Shown: positions 1 to 9,808 of the stretch, in pieces
Numbering within the stretch: the first letter of the stretch is position 1
How the letters are laid out: each line of letters starts with the position of its first letter
From: Planctomycetota bacterium
GTDB taxonomy: Bacteria > Planctomycetota > UBA1135 > JACQFD01
Reading direction: 5' to 3'
Length of the DNA stretch: 64,000 bases
NCBI GenBank assembly: GCA_016200225.1
Contig: JACQFD010000008.1
Coordinates: 16,433-80,432, forward strand
Notes under the pieces: model-generated
The model's input: only the letters and a program-made list of their open reading frames with translations
Databases searched by the model: none
What the model was told of the DNA's origin: nothing
Made by a program: the position numbers and the translations under genes

Positions 1-396
1 GGCGGAGATCGTGACGCGAAAGGCCTTGCCCTCGAATTCGAATTCCTGCATTGCAACAATTCGGCGGACGCGGTTCACGAGGACGCGCGCGCCCTCGGCG
101 TCGGTGTGTGGGAGAAGTAACAAAACGCGGTCGTCGGTGAAGCGCCCGACGAAATCGCAACTTCGCGTTTCGCGCCGCAGAACCGATTGAAACCGTTCGA
201 GCACGAGGTCGCGCGCTTTGTAGCCGAAGTTTTTAGATAGATCGCTGAGCCGGTCGACGACGAACACTACAAAAGCCAGCGGCAGCCGGTAACGGCGCGC
301 GCGCGCGAACTCCACTTTCATCAAATGGTTCATCTGCGCGAAGCTGAAGAGCCCCGCTTCGGAGTCCGTGAAAGTGATGCTTTTGAATTCGCTCAT
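1..396 (-). CDS. GGDEF-fold protein with degenerate active site (3' end outside window)
   Basis: Hand translation from ATG at 396: MSEFKSITFTDSEAGLFSFAQMNHLMKVEFARARRYRLPLAFVVFVVDRL...RSCDFVGRFTDDRVLLLLPHTDAEGARVLVNRVR...FRVTISA. This follows the GGDEF pattern, with FTDDR at the GG(D/E)EF position. Not in the ORF track because it runs off the edge. Confidence 0.8.
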   Translation of the reverse strand, partial: MSEFKSITFTDSEAGLFSFAQMNHLMKVEFARARRYRLPLAFVVFVVDRLSDLSKNFGYKARDLVLERFQSVLRRETRSCDFVGRFTDDRVLLLLPHTDAEGARVLVNRVRRIVAMQEFEFEGKAFRVTISA

Positions 397-535
397 CCGA
401 TGTCAGTCCACAGGTGCGCCGGCCGTTTCGCGATAAGTCCCGGCGTTGGCGCCGCGATCGCTTCGTCGTATCGCAAGCTCGGAGTTGAGTGGCGACAGAT
501 CATTTATAACGTTTGAAATTGCTGTTTCCATGGAT

Positions 536-1666
536 CTATCGATCCTGCCGGCCGCGGTTTACTGCTGTCGTCGCCGGAATCTCGATGGAAACAGCACACG
601 TCTCGCAGGCCGCGGCGACGAGCGGTTCCGAATCGAAGGATCGTTCGAGCGCGAACACGCGCACGAGCACGCGGCGCCCCGGCAACACGTCGCTGAATCG
701 AAACACGCCGCCGTCATCGGTTGTCGCGCTACTGCGCGTTTCCGTCGCGCCCATCACGTTGTCGAGATCGACGACGACAACGCGGCAACGCTTCGCGGGC
801 CGGCCTTTGGTGTCGCGAACGACGCCTTCGAAAGCGCCGGCCGCGGGAAGCGAAAAGTGAAACGTTTCCGCCGAATCTTTAACAACGCCGTCGGGCGCGC
901 GGCTCGCGGAATCTTGCATTTTACCAAAACCGTCGTTCATCGATCCGCTGTTTTGTAAAATATACGGATCCAATTCCGCCGCGGCGGTCACATGGCCGGC
1001 TTTCCGAATTAGTAATGTCGTCGCGCGCCGCGGCGCGTGCGAAAATTCGAATTCGCCGCGGATATCCGTAAACACCGGCGCCGGCAGCGCGGACGCGGGA
1101 ACCGGTTCTTTACAAACAATCGAAACCTCCGCTCCCGTCACGGGCTCGCCGCCGTCGTCGACAGCGACGCCGCGAAACGGACCCGCGGGCGATAAGGTAC
1201 ATTCGACGGGCGCCGCCGGCCGCGCCCCCTTTAATTGTAATATTTGTATTTCGAATCCCGCGAGCGCGACGATCGCGGCCGTCGCGGCGGTTCCGGCGTT
1301 TTGGCCGCGCGCGATGCCGTCGGCGCCCGTTTCCAAACGTTCCAAACCCTCGGAATCTTTGATCATTACCGATGCGCCGCGCAGCGGTTGTTTTTGTAAA
1401 TTATAGATTCGGAATTCGAGCGGCGATCGCCGCGAATCGGGCCGTTTCGACTCGCGTCCCGCCACGGCGAACGGATTTTCGGTAATGTCGGCCTCTGCGG
1501 GCGCCGTCAGAATTTCCGCCCCGTCGCCGTGCGTATTTGTTTGAAAGAACGAAGCCGCCGCCTGACCGACGAGGCAGAACGCGAGCAGGATGGCGCTCCA
1601 GCGCGCAAGCCGGATGCGCAATGCCATCGCTTGAAAATGACCGGTTTCCCTTTTGTGTGAACGCAT
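536..1666 (-). CDS. Exported carboxypeptidase-regulatory-like (prealbumin-fold) repeat protein
   Basis: 376 aa ORF with a signal-like hydrophobic segment and repeated GxVxDxxGxPVxGAxV...TDxxGxFxF motifs. Confidence 0.7.
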   Translation of the reverse strand: MRSHKRETGHFQAMALRIRLARWSAILLAFCLVGQAAASFFQTNTHGDGAEILTAPAEADITENPFAVAGRESKRPDSRRSPLEFRIYNLQKQPLRGASVMIKDSEGLERLETGADGIARGQNAGTAATAAIVALAGFEIQILQLKGARPAAPVECTLSPAGPFRGVAVDDGGEPVTGAEVSIVCKEPVPASALPAPVFTDIRGEFEFSHAPRRATTLLIRKAGHVTAAAELDPYILQNSGSMNDGFGKMQDSASRAPDGVVKDSAETFHFSLPAAGAFEGVVRDTKGRPAKRCRVVVVDLDNVMGATETRSSATTDDGGVFRFSDVLPGRRVLVRVFALERSFDSEPLVAAACETCAVSIEIPATTAVNRGRQDR

Positions 1667-1687
1667 CTCTTACCCAATGATCCCCGC

Positions 1688-2671
1688 GTGAGTTCCCTCT
1701 CGACCTTTCCTGTTCGGGTGCCCGGCTCTCTCGACCTGAGCATAGCGCGTTTTTTGCTAACTCTGGCCGAGTTGCTGGACGCGGGACTGACGCCCGAGCG
1801 GGCCTTCGATCAGGAAGGATTACGCCGATTGGCGGGTCCGAAGGCGCCGGACGCGTGCGCCGCACTGCGATCGGGACGCCCCCTTTCAACGGCGCTCGCG
1901 ACGCTGGGATTCGAGCCGCGAGTTCTCGCGCGGGTCGAGGCCGCGGAAGCTTCCGGCCGCGTCGCCTCCGCGCTGCGTCGACTCGCGAACGAACATGGGC
2001 ATCGCGGCGAGCAGGCGCGCAAAACGGCCGCGAGTCTTTTGTATCCGATGTTTTTGATACATTTCGCGGCGGTTGCGCGCGGCATCGTCGTCGGCGTCGG
2101 CGCGGGAATGGCCGCGGGAATATTTGCAACATTACAAATCGCCGCGCCGTTCGATATTGTTATTTATTTGATATTTCTGGCATTTCGCAGCGCGACGCGC
2201 GGCGGGCGCGCGTTCGCGTTTTTTGATAAATTACCGTTCGCGAACGCGCTGCTCCGCGATCTTTCGCTCGCGCCGTTTTTGTGGTCGCTCGCGGATTTGT
2301 ATGAATCGGGAATGCCGCTCGACCGAGCGGTGACATCGGCGGCGCGCGGCGCGAACCCGGCGTTCGCGAATGCAATGATGGACGCGGCCGCCGGCGTGCG
2401 CGGCGGCAACGCGCTGCTTCCCGGCCTCGCGCGATCGCGGCTCGTCGACGACACGGTGCTCGCGGTTCTCCAGCCCGCCGAAACCACCGGCACGCTCGGC
2501 GAAGCCCTCCCGCGCGCGGCCGAGCTCGTGGACGCGCGCCTGCGGCGTTCGTTACAATTCACGGGCAACGCGCCCGGAAAAATCCTTTACGCGGGGGCCA
2601 TTCTCCTCGTCTTTTGGATCGTCTATCAATTTTATGGAAATTACTTTTCGTATCTGGACAAATATAAATAA
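1688..2671 (+). CDS. Type II secretion system F family (GspF/PilC-like) inner membrane protein
   Basis: Two internal repeats (LAELLDAGL...AEASGRV..AL..LA; LADLYESGMPL...AETTGTLGEAL), each followed by a TM helix. Confidence 0.85.
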   Translation: MSSLSTFPVRVPGSLDLSIARFLLTLAELLDAGLTPERAFDQEGLRRLAGPKAPDACAALRSGRPLSTALATLGFEPRVLARVEAAEASGRVASALRRLANEHGHRGEQARKTAASLLYPMFLIHFAAVARGIVVGVGAGMAAGIFATLQIAAPFDIVIYLIFLAFRSATRGGRAFAFFDKLPFANALLRDLSLAPFLWSLADLYESGMPLDRAVTSAARGANPAFANAMMDAAAGVRGGNALLPGLARSRLVDDTVLAVLQPAETTGTLGEALPRAAELVDARLRRSLQFTGNAPGKILYAGAILLVFWIVYQFYGNYFSYLDKYK

Positions 2672-2749
2672 CTTATTGTAATTCGCGCGCCGCCCGTCCG
2701 CGCCCGTGCAACGGCGCCGCGCGGGCCGGATAACGCACGCAGTCCCCCA

Positions 2750-4414
2750 ATGATCCAAACTCCATGCATTCTCTTCGCGCTCGCATCGTTTGCGCTCGCG
2801 GGCGGCGAACGGACGACACAAATCTATTCCCTCCGCGCGGTGAAAACGTCGGCGAACGCGGCCGACGCGAACCGCGCCTCCTTCGGGCGATTTATACGAT
2901 TGCCGAAGGAGGAGGCCGAACCACCGCTGCCATACTTCAATTCGACCGACGCGGGAGTTTTTAATTCCAGCGAAATTCTCGAAATATTACGATTCGCGAC
3001 GGCCGGTTCGGGCGACGCGCCGCAATTCGAAATTTACGAAGATTCGCTTCTGGCCACGGCGAGCGACGAGCAGCACAAATCTATCAAAAGCGCGATCGCC
3101 GAACTCGCCGCTCAGGTCGCGCCGGTCGAAGTGAATGTTACCGTTTTCGCGCTTCCGTACGGTTCGCCGGCGCCGCGCGGAGGACTGCTGCCCGCGGCGG
3201 ATATTAAGAATCTTCGCGAATCGTTAAAGAACGCGCGCGTCGCCTGGAGCGGAGTCGTCGGATCGGCGCCGAAACGGGCGTCGCACGGCGGCGTCATGTC
3301 TACAATTTCATTTGTAGCATCCTGGCATTCCGAAGTCGCCAAGAAAGCGAAGATTTCCGAACCGTGGTCGGGCGAAATTTCGGGCGGCATCGAAGCCGAC
3401 GTCGAAGCGACTCCGCTCCGCGGCGGCAGTTCCGTATTGTTAACATCCGTCGTCGGCATCACGACGCTCGCCGGAATGGAAAGATTCGAAACGCGCTGCC
3501 CGAATCTCGGCGATATTGATATTCCAAAAGTCGCGGGCGCGCGCTTCGCCACCAGTTCGGTCGTGCCCGCGGGCTCGGCGCTTTTGTTGCGGGCCGACGA
3601 CCCCGACGCGGGGACGATATTGGTATTATTCCAGCCGCGCCCCGCCGATCGAAAATTAAAAATTACCAATCCGCAGTCCAATTTGTTCATGGTCGCGAAC
3701 GCGCTCGGCGCGCAGTCGGGCCGCTGGCTCCCCGATCCGTTCGACGCCACGGCACCCCCCGCCGCCATGTCGCAACCCAACCTTTCGACATTGTTTAAAT
3801 CCGAAAGCGCGAAATTGCGCTGCGTTTCGGGGCCCGGCGGTTCCTTATTATTAATCGGCGACGAGCCTTCGATACAAAACGCGTTGGCGGGATTCAACGC
3901 CGCCGAGAACGACGAAATATACAATTCGCCGATCGAAATCCGCGTCGTGCGCGCGGCCGACTGGGCCGCGGCCGCGGCGCCAAATGCATCGATCGCCGCG
4001 ACAGCGACGCTTTCGGCGTCCGGACACCGAAGCGCAGGCGTCGTCGTTGGACGGGAAGAGACGTATGTCGAAGGCTACAATGTTAGCGTTGCCGAGGAGT
4101 CTTCCGTCGCAAGTCCCCGCGTGAAACTGTTATTTCGAGGATTACGCGCGCGTGCGCGTGTACTCGAGGCGGGCGAAGGAACGAGTACCATCGAACTCGA
4201 TGTTCAATATTCCGAATTCGGCCCCCGCGAACGTCAAATGCAACGATCGTCCGACGTCGGCGACCACGAACGCGTCGCACGACAGCACAGCGACATTCAT
4301 AAAGTATTCGAAGTTCCAAAAACCGGATTGTTAGTATTAGGCGAACTCGGCGCATCTGCAACCCCTAACGAAAAACTCTTCCTCGTCGTCGGCGCCGCAA
4401 CCGCGTCGAAATAA
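2750..4414 (+). CDS. Exported protein with two degenerate secretin-like C-terminal beta domains
   Basis: Signal peptide. Two repeats resemble the secretin domain (e.g. GREETYVEGYNVSVAEESSVASPRVKLLFRGLRARARV...EVPKTGLLVLG). Directly downstream of the GspF-like gene. Confidence 0.45.
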   Translation: MIQTPCILFALASFALAGGERTTQIYSLRAVKTSANAADANRASFGRFIRLPKEEAEPPLPYFNSTDAGVFNSSEILEILRFATAGSGDAPQFEIYEDSLLATASDEQHKSIKSAIAELAAQVAPVEVNVTVFALPYGSPAPRGGLLPAADIKNLRESLKNARVAWSGVVGSAPKRASHGGVMSTISFVASWHSEVAKKAKISEPWSGEISGGIEADVEATPLRGGSSVLLTSVVGITTLAGMERFETRCPNLGDIDIPKVAGARFATSSVVPAGSALLLRADDPDAGTILVLFQPRPADRKLKITNPQSNLFMVANALGAQSGRWLPDPFDATAPPAAMSQPNLSTLFKSESAKLRCVSGPGGSLLLIGDEPSIQNALAGFNAAENDEIYNSPIEIRVVRAADWAAAAAPNASIAATATLSASGHRSAGVVVGREETYVEGYNVSVAEESSVASPRVKLLFRGLRARARVLEAGEGTSTIELDVQYSEFGPRERQMQRSSDVGDHERVARQHSDIHKVFEVPKTGLLVLGELGASATPNEKLFLVVGAATASK

Positions 4415-4837
4415 GGGGACGGGTCCAATTATTTTTAATAGTAATATCAAATAGACCAATGCGGGCGGCGGGCTCCGCGGCGCGGCGCAGCGGCGATGCT
4501 CCGGCCACGCCCTGTCGCGACCAACCCGCCAGCGAGCACCACACGCTCGACGCGACGGGGCGTCGCCTTCGCCGCCGCCGCCTTGCACCACGGACCCGCC
4601 GCCTTCGCGGCTCTCGGCCACCTCGCCCGTCGCGCCATCGCCTCGCCGTCATCGATCCCGGCCACATGACACAAACACCCCCGTTCTTGTAATATTTATT
4701 ATCCCCCCGCTGTGCGCTCGATGGGTTGGGTCGCGACGAGCACTGTCCGAGCCGCCGACCCAATCCGTCGAGCGCACAACTCGCCGCCCGCGCAGGGCAC
4801 GCGGCGCGCGCAGCGCAAGCGCCACGCGGCGCCAAAG

Positions 4838-5860
4838 CTATCTCTCGGACAATAACGCGGTGACGATCGCGTCGATGTTTTCGAATGAGGAGTATCCGAC
4901 ATCGATCAGGCGAACTTTACCTTTTTTGTCGATGTACATCGTCATTGGATAACTTTGGGTGCCGGGGACTTGCTTGAAGATTTCGGGTGTTACAAGTCCG
5001 AGCGGGAATTGAATATTATTTTTTGTCGCGAATTTCTTAACTTTTGCCGCTTCCGCCGCGCCGTTGATGTGGTCGATCGAGTGTTCGTCGTTCAGGCCGA
5101 TCATGACGAATGCGTCGTTTTTGTGCTTGTTGACCAATTCGACAAAATTAGGAATCCCGACGACGCAGGGGAATTGCCATGTGCCCCAAATATGTATAAT
5201 CGCGACCTTTCCTTCATACAATTTCGAATTCATCGGCTTTCCGTCGATGCCCGTCGCTTCTAACTTAAAATCGAATCCGGCGCCTTTTTCGTCTTTTAAC
5301 TTTTCGAGCAATTCGGTTTTCTTGTCGCGAATTTGCTTGTCCCATTGGGCGCGCATGGAATCCGTTTTTTTCTTAGCTTCTGCGTCGGCCGCGTCCTTTT
5401 TCGATTGGTTGCGTTTCATGGCGTCGGCGATTTTCGAGTCGTTCGCGACCGAGGCCGTATCTTTATCATCGGCGAGTCCGTCGAAATCGTAAAATCCGTT
5501 GTCGATGGCATTCACGAGCGCGGCGACGGCATTTTCTTTGTTTCCGGCCATCGCTTCGGAGCGGCCGAGCGAATAGTAAATATTCGATTTCCGTTGCGGC
5601 GGCAATTCGGGCGCCGCGAGGACTTTCGCGTAGCCCGCGGCGGCGTCGGAATATCTTTTTTCGTAGTATGCTTTCCCGGCGTCGATCAGCCCTTTATACC
5701 ATTCCGGCGTCGCGGGCTTGCTTTGGGGAGCCGGCAAGCCCTTCGGCGCCGCGCCCTGCGAAGCCTGCCAGAAAATCGGAATTACTACGATTACGGAAAG
5801 AAACATGTGGGTTTCGTACCAATTAAAGACAAGGGATGAAATCGGCGTCCGGCGGTTCAT
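4838..5860 (-). CDS. TPR plus TlpA/redoxin-like thioredoxin-fold protein, atypical QxxC site
   Basis: N-terminal hydrophobic segment, TPR-like helices, then FKLEATGIDGK...GKVAIIHIWGTWQFPC...SYPMTMYIDKKGKVR. Confidence 0.8.
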   Translation of the reverse strand: MNRRTPISSLVFNWYETHMFLSVIVVIPIFWQASQGAAPKGLPAPQSKPATPEWYKGLIDAGKAYYEKRYSDAAAGYAKVLAAPELPPQRKSNIYYSLGRSEAMAGNKENAVAALVNAIDNGFYDFDGLADDKDTASVANDSKIADAMKRNQSKKDAADAEAKKKTDSMRAQWDKQIRDKKTELLEKLKDEKGAGFDFKLEATGIDGKPMNSKLYEGKVAIIHIWGTWQFPCVVGIPNFVELVNKHKNDAFVMIGLNDEHSIDHINGAAEAAKVKKFATKNNIQFPLGLVTPEIFKQVPGTQSYPMTMYIDKKGKVRLIDVGYSSFENIDAIVTALLSER

Positions 5861-6108
5861 ACGCGTTGGATGGATTCGAGTCCAATCGAAACAGGACTGT
5901 TTCCCGAAATCGCCGGACTTAGGCGTTAAATTCTCCGGAGAATCTCGAGTTGCGTAACATTTTATGCGCGAATGACGGATCCGAAGCCGCGGACGTCCAG
6001 AAATCTGGAGTTTTCAGTGAATACGATTAGGATGGTCGCCCCGTTGCGGTCTGGCATCCGATTCGCAACGAAACTGAACTCCGAAATCAACAAATCGAGC
6101 GAATATTC

Positions 6109-6573
6109 ATGGACCCAAGCGAGGCCCGCCGCGAATCATTACAATTGCACGACGAACTTCGTCGGGCGATGCGCGATGCATTGATTTTGTCGACGCGCGT
6201 AAAAAACGGCGAATTCGACGCGGGTCCGCAGCTTCGCGCATCGGTTCGCGATCTCGAACGCGCCGTCCGAAGCCATATCGACGTCGAAAATCACGATCTC
6301 GCGCCCGTTTTGAAAACGATCGATGCGTGGGGAAGCGTCCGCTGCGGCCAGCTTGAAAATGCACACAAACAGGAATTATTAGCAATTTACGACGCCGAGG
6401 CCGCTCTCCTCAAGGTTAACTTTAGCGATCGCCGATGCTGGAGCGAGTTCGCAATGGCGGTCCACGGTCTCGTGCGCGGCGTCTTGAAATGTCTGCGATT
6501 CGAGGAGACTCACCTGCTCGATCCGCACACGCTTCGCGATGACATTCTCGTCGTCGACAACATCGATGGCTGA
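6109..6573 (+). CDS. Hemerythrin/HHE cation-binding domain protein
   Basis: Helical 154 aa ORF with H...HxxxE...H...HxxxE-like spacing (LHDELR, SHIDVEN, AHKQE, RFEE). Confidence 0.65.
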   Translation: MDPSEARRESLQLHDELRRAMRDALILSTRVKNGEFDAGPQLRASVRDLERAVRSHIDVENHDLAPVLKTIDAWGSVRCGQLENAHKQELLAIYDAEAALLKVNFSDRRCWSEFAMAVHGLVRGVLKCLRFEETHLLDPHTLRDDILVVDNIDG

Positions 6574-6760
6574 CGGATGCACGCGATGAGGAGTGGCGCA
6601 GGGGCTGCGTTCTCCGTTTTCGAGCCTATGGGGGTGTGTAACGAACGCCCGCGCCCGCAGGTTTGCAAATCGCACCGCCCTTCGCACATCACTCCAAATC
6701 CAGCTCTCGTATTCGCAAACTCGTTATATATATTTTACAATCAACTTTTGACGCCAACGC

Positions 6761-8704
6761 ATGACCAACGAAACCACTCACAAGGTCCGATCGATTGAAC
6801 AGGTTGTGATCCGCCTCGCCGGCGATTCCGGCGACGGCATGCAGATCACCGGAAACGAATTTACAAAAACCAGCGCGATCGTCGGCAACGACCTCGCGAC
6901 GCTTCCCGATTTTCCGGCCGAGATCCGCGCCCCCGCCGGCACGCTGCCGGGCGTTTCGGGTTTCCAAATTCGCTTTGCATCGAAGGATATTCATACTCCG
7001 GGCGACGATCCCGACATTTTGGTCGCGATGAATCCGGCCGCGTTGAAAGTTAATCTTCCCGACATGCGCCCGGGAAAGACGATTATAATTAATACGGCGA
7101 TGTTCGTCGAAAAGGAGTTGCGCAAGGCGCTCTACGTCAAGGACGACGGGACGATCATCAATCCGCTCAACGATCATTCGCTTTCGAATTATCATGTCAT
7201 TCCGGTCGATTTAAATAAACTCGCGCTCGAGGGAACGAAGGAATTCGGGCTTTCGCCGAAGGAATCGCTTCGTTGTAAAAACTTCGTCGCGCTCGGAATG
7301 ATGTACTGGCTCTACAGCCGTCCGCTCGAACCGACGATCGCGTGGCTCCGTGATTACTTCAAAGGCGACAAAGTTAATTTTGCAAATGCAAATATCGCCG
7401 CGATGAAGACCGGTTATAATTATGCGGAGACGGCCGAACTCTTCGTCGAACAATATAAGATTCCCGCGGCGCATCTCCCGGCGGGGACGTACCGCAACGT
7501 CATGGGCAACCAGGCCGTCGCCCTCGCGATCGCCGCCGCCGCGAAGATTTCGGGCGTGCCCGTGTTTTATGGTAGTTATCCGATCACGCCCGCGTCGGAT
7601 ATTCTACATCAAATATCGAAATATAAGAATTACGGCGTTTATACATTTCAGGCCGAGGACGAAATCGCGGCGATCTGCTCCGCGATCGGCGCGAGTTTCG
7701 CCGGCATGATCGGCGTCACGGGGTCGAGCGGACCCGGCATCGCGTTGAAAGGCGAAGCCATGGGACTCGCGGTGATGACCGAGCTGCCGCTCGTGATCAT
7801 TGACGTTCAGCGCGGCGGACCGTCGACGGGACTTCCTACAAAAACGGAACAGGCCGATTTGTTGCAAGCGGTCCTCGGTCGCAACAGCGAAGCGCCGATG
7901 CCGGTCGTCGCGGCGAGTTCCCCCGCCGATTGTTTCGATCGGTTTCTCGAGGCGGTCCGCATCGCGACGAAATACATGACGCCCGTCGTTTTTCTGTCGG
8001 ACGGATATTTAGCGAACGGTTCGGAGCCGTGGCGGCTGCCCGATATCGATAAACTTCCGAAAATTGATATTAATTTTCGGACCGAGCGCGACGGTTTCCA
8101 ACCCTACCTTCGCGATCCGGGAACGCTCGCGCGCGTGTGGGCCAAACCCGGCACGCCCGGCCTCGAACACCGCATCGGCGGCATCGAAAAGCGCGACGGC
8201 GTCGGCTCGATTAATTATGACGCCGAAAATCACGATTCGATGGTTCGTTTACGTTGGCGGAAAATTTATAAAGTCGCCGACGATTGCGCGGCACCCCTCA
8301 TGGCCGGCCCCGAACGCGGTCCGCTGCTCGTCCTCGGCTGGGGCTCGACGCTCGGTTCGATCACGAGCGCGGTCGAAATGGCGCACGCGCACAAGATGCC
8401 GATCGCGCGATGCCATTTGCAACAAGTGTGGCCGTTCCCGTCGTCGCTCGGCGCCATTCTTTCTCGGTACGATCGTATATTAATTCCGGAAATGAATCTC
8501 GGCCAAATGTGGCGCCTTGTGCGTTCGGAATACGCCGTGCAAGCCTACAGTTTCGCGAAGGTTCAGGGCCGCCCGTTCACGACCGGCGAATTGTTTAGAA
8601 AGATCCAGCAAACGCTCGAACTGCCGGCGCACGGATCCTCGCATCCGCTCGATACAAAACTCGAACGCGCGTCCGAAGTCGCCGCGGACGTTTCGGGCGG
8701 CTGA
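6761..8704 (+). CDS. korA: 2-oxoacid:ferredoxin oxidoreductase alpha subunit (gamma-alpha fusion)
   Basis: VIRLAGDSGDGMQITG, SYPITPASDI, QAEDEIAA, DVQRGGPSTGLPTKTEQ motifs. Confidence 0.95.
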   Translation: MTNETTHKVRSIEQVVIRLAGDSGDGMQITGNEFTKTSAIVGNDLATLPDFPAEIRAPAGTLPGVSGFQIRFASKDIHTPGDDPDILVAMNPAALKVNLPDMRPGKTIIINTAMFVEKELRKALYVKDDGTIINPLNDHSLSNYHVIPVDLNKLALEGTKEFGLSPKESLRCKNFVALGMMYWLYSRPLEPTIAWLRDYFKGDKVNFANANIAAMKTGYNYAETAELFVEQYKIPAAHLPAGTYRNVMGNQAVALAIAAAAKISGVPVFYGSYPITPASDILHQISKYKNYGVYTFQAEDEIAAICSAIGASFAGMIGVTGSSGPGIALKGEAMGLAVMTELPLVIIDVQRGGPSTGLPTKTEQADLLQAVLGRNSEAPMPVVAASSPADCFDRFLEAVRIATKYMTPVVFLSDGYLANGSEPWRLPDIDKLPKIDINFRTERDGFQPYLRDPGTLARVWAKPGTPGLEHRIGGIEKRDGVGSINYDAENHDSMVRLRWRKIYKVADDCAAPLMAGPERGPLLVLGWGSTLGSITSAVEMAHAHKMPIARCHLQQVWPFPSSLGAILSRYDRILIPEMNLGQMWRLVRSEYAVQAYSFAKVQGRPFTTGELFRKIQQTLELPAHGSSHPLDTKLERASEVAADVSGG

Positions 8705-8768
8705 GGCCGCCCGATAAATAATAATTATCCAATCAATCAATAACAATAAAATCGAATACCAAAAAACC

Positions 8769-9776
8769 ATGATTTCGCCTCCCCTTACAAAAAACGATTT
8801 CAAGACCGACCAGGAAGTGCGCTGGTGCCCGGGCTGCGGCGACTATGCCATCCTGAATGCCGTGCAGACGGTTTTTCCGATGCTCGGGATTCCTAAAGAA
8901 AAGTTCGTGGTCGTCTCCGGCATCGGATGCTCGAGCCGCCTTCCTTATTATGTCAATACGTATGGATTTCACTCGATCCACGGCCGCGCGCCGGCGATCG
9001 CGACCGGAATCAAGATCGCAAATCCCGAATTGAGCGTTTGGATCGGCACCGGCGACGGCGATTCGCTTTCGATCGGCGGCAACCACCTCATCCACGCGAT
9101 GCGCCGCAATCTCGACGTTAAATTATTAATGTTTAACAATCGAATTTACGGTTTGACAAAGGGACAATTTTCACCGACGTCGGAAGTGGGCAAAGTTACA
9201 AAATCGACGCCGTACGGCGTGGTCGACCAGCCGTTCAATCCGATCGCGCTCGCGCTCGGCGCGGGCGCCACGTTCGTCGCGCGCTCCGTCGACATTATGA
9301 GTAAACATTTGATCGAAGTCTTGCAGCGCGCCGCGAATCATAAAGGATTCGCTTTCGTTGAAATTTACCAAAATTGCAACATTTTCAACGACGGCGCATT
9401 CGATCATCTCGTCGACGCGGGCATCCGCGACGAACATTTGATCGCGCTCGAACACGGCAAACCGCTCAAGTTCGGCAAAGCTAAGGATAAGGGAATCAAA
9501 CTGAACGGATTCAAGCCGGAAGTCGTGCCGCTCGCGAGCACGCCCGACAGCGAATTGTTAGTTTGGGACGAACACGATCCGTCGTCCGCGCTCCCGTTTT
9601 TCGTGAGCGCGATGCCAGAGGGCACGATGCCGCAGGGCATCGGCGTTTTCCGCGACGTGGATCGCCCGACGTTCGACGGCGAAATGGCCGCGCAGCACGC
9701 AAATGTCATGAAAAAATACGGCGCGGGCTCGCTCGAGAAATTATTGTATGAAGGCGATACCTGGAAGGTCGGCTGA
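8769..9776 (+). CDS. korB: 2-oxoacid:ferredoxin oxidoreductase beta subunit
   Basis: WCPGCGDY, SGIGCSSR, HGRAPA, TPP-binding GDGD...NNRIYGLTKGQ. Confidence 0.95.
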   Translation: MISPPLTKNDFKTDQEVRWCPGCGDYAILNAVQTVFPMLGIPKEKFVVVSGIGCSSRLPYYVNTYGFHSIHGRAPAIATGIKIANPELSVWIGTGDGDSLSIGGNHLIHAMRRNLDVKLLMFNNRIYGLTKGQFSPTSEVGKVTKSTPYGVVDQPFNPIALALGAGATFVARSVDIMSKHLIEVLQRAANHKGFAFVEIYQNCNIFNDGAFDHLVDAGIRDEHLIALEHGKPLKFGKAKDKGIKLNGFKPEVVPLASTPDSELLVWDEHDPSSALPFFVSAMPEGTMPQGIGVFRDVDRPTFDGEMAAQHANVMKKYGAGSLEKLLYEGDTWKVG

Positions 9777-9808
9777 AATAATAATTTAACTTTTCGGCCG
9801 ATCCATCC

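Noticed and set aside
1401-2226. Long overlapping/antisense ORFs (also 16580-17395, 22534-23587, 49603-50427, 47978-48589 and many others)
   Set aside because: Shadow frames of well-supported genes, expected in GC-rich DNA
4414-4838. Small ORFs between the secretin-like and TlpA genes
   Set aside because: Arg/Ala/Gly-rich GC-driven translations in all frames with no motif; not supportable as genes
5161-5190. Second selenoprotein in the TPR-TlpA gene
   Set aside because: The codon is CAA (Gln), not TGA; the ORF is open
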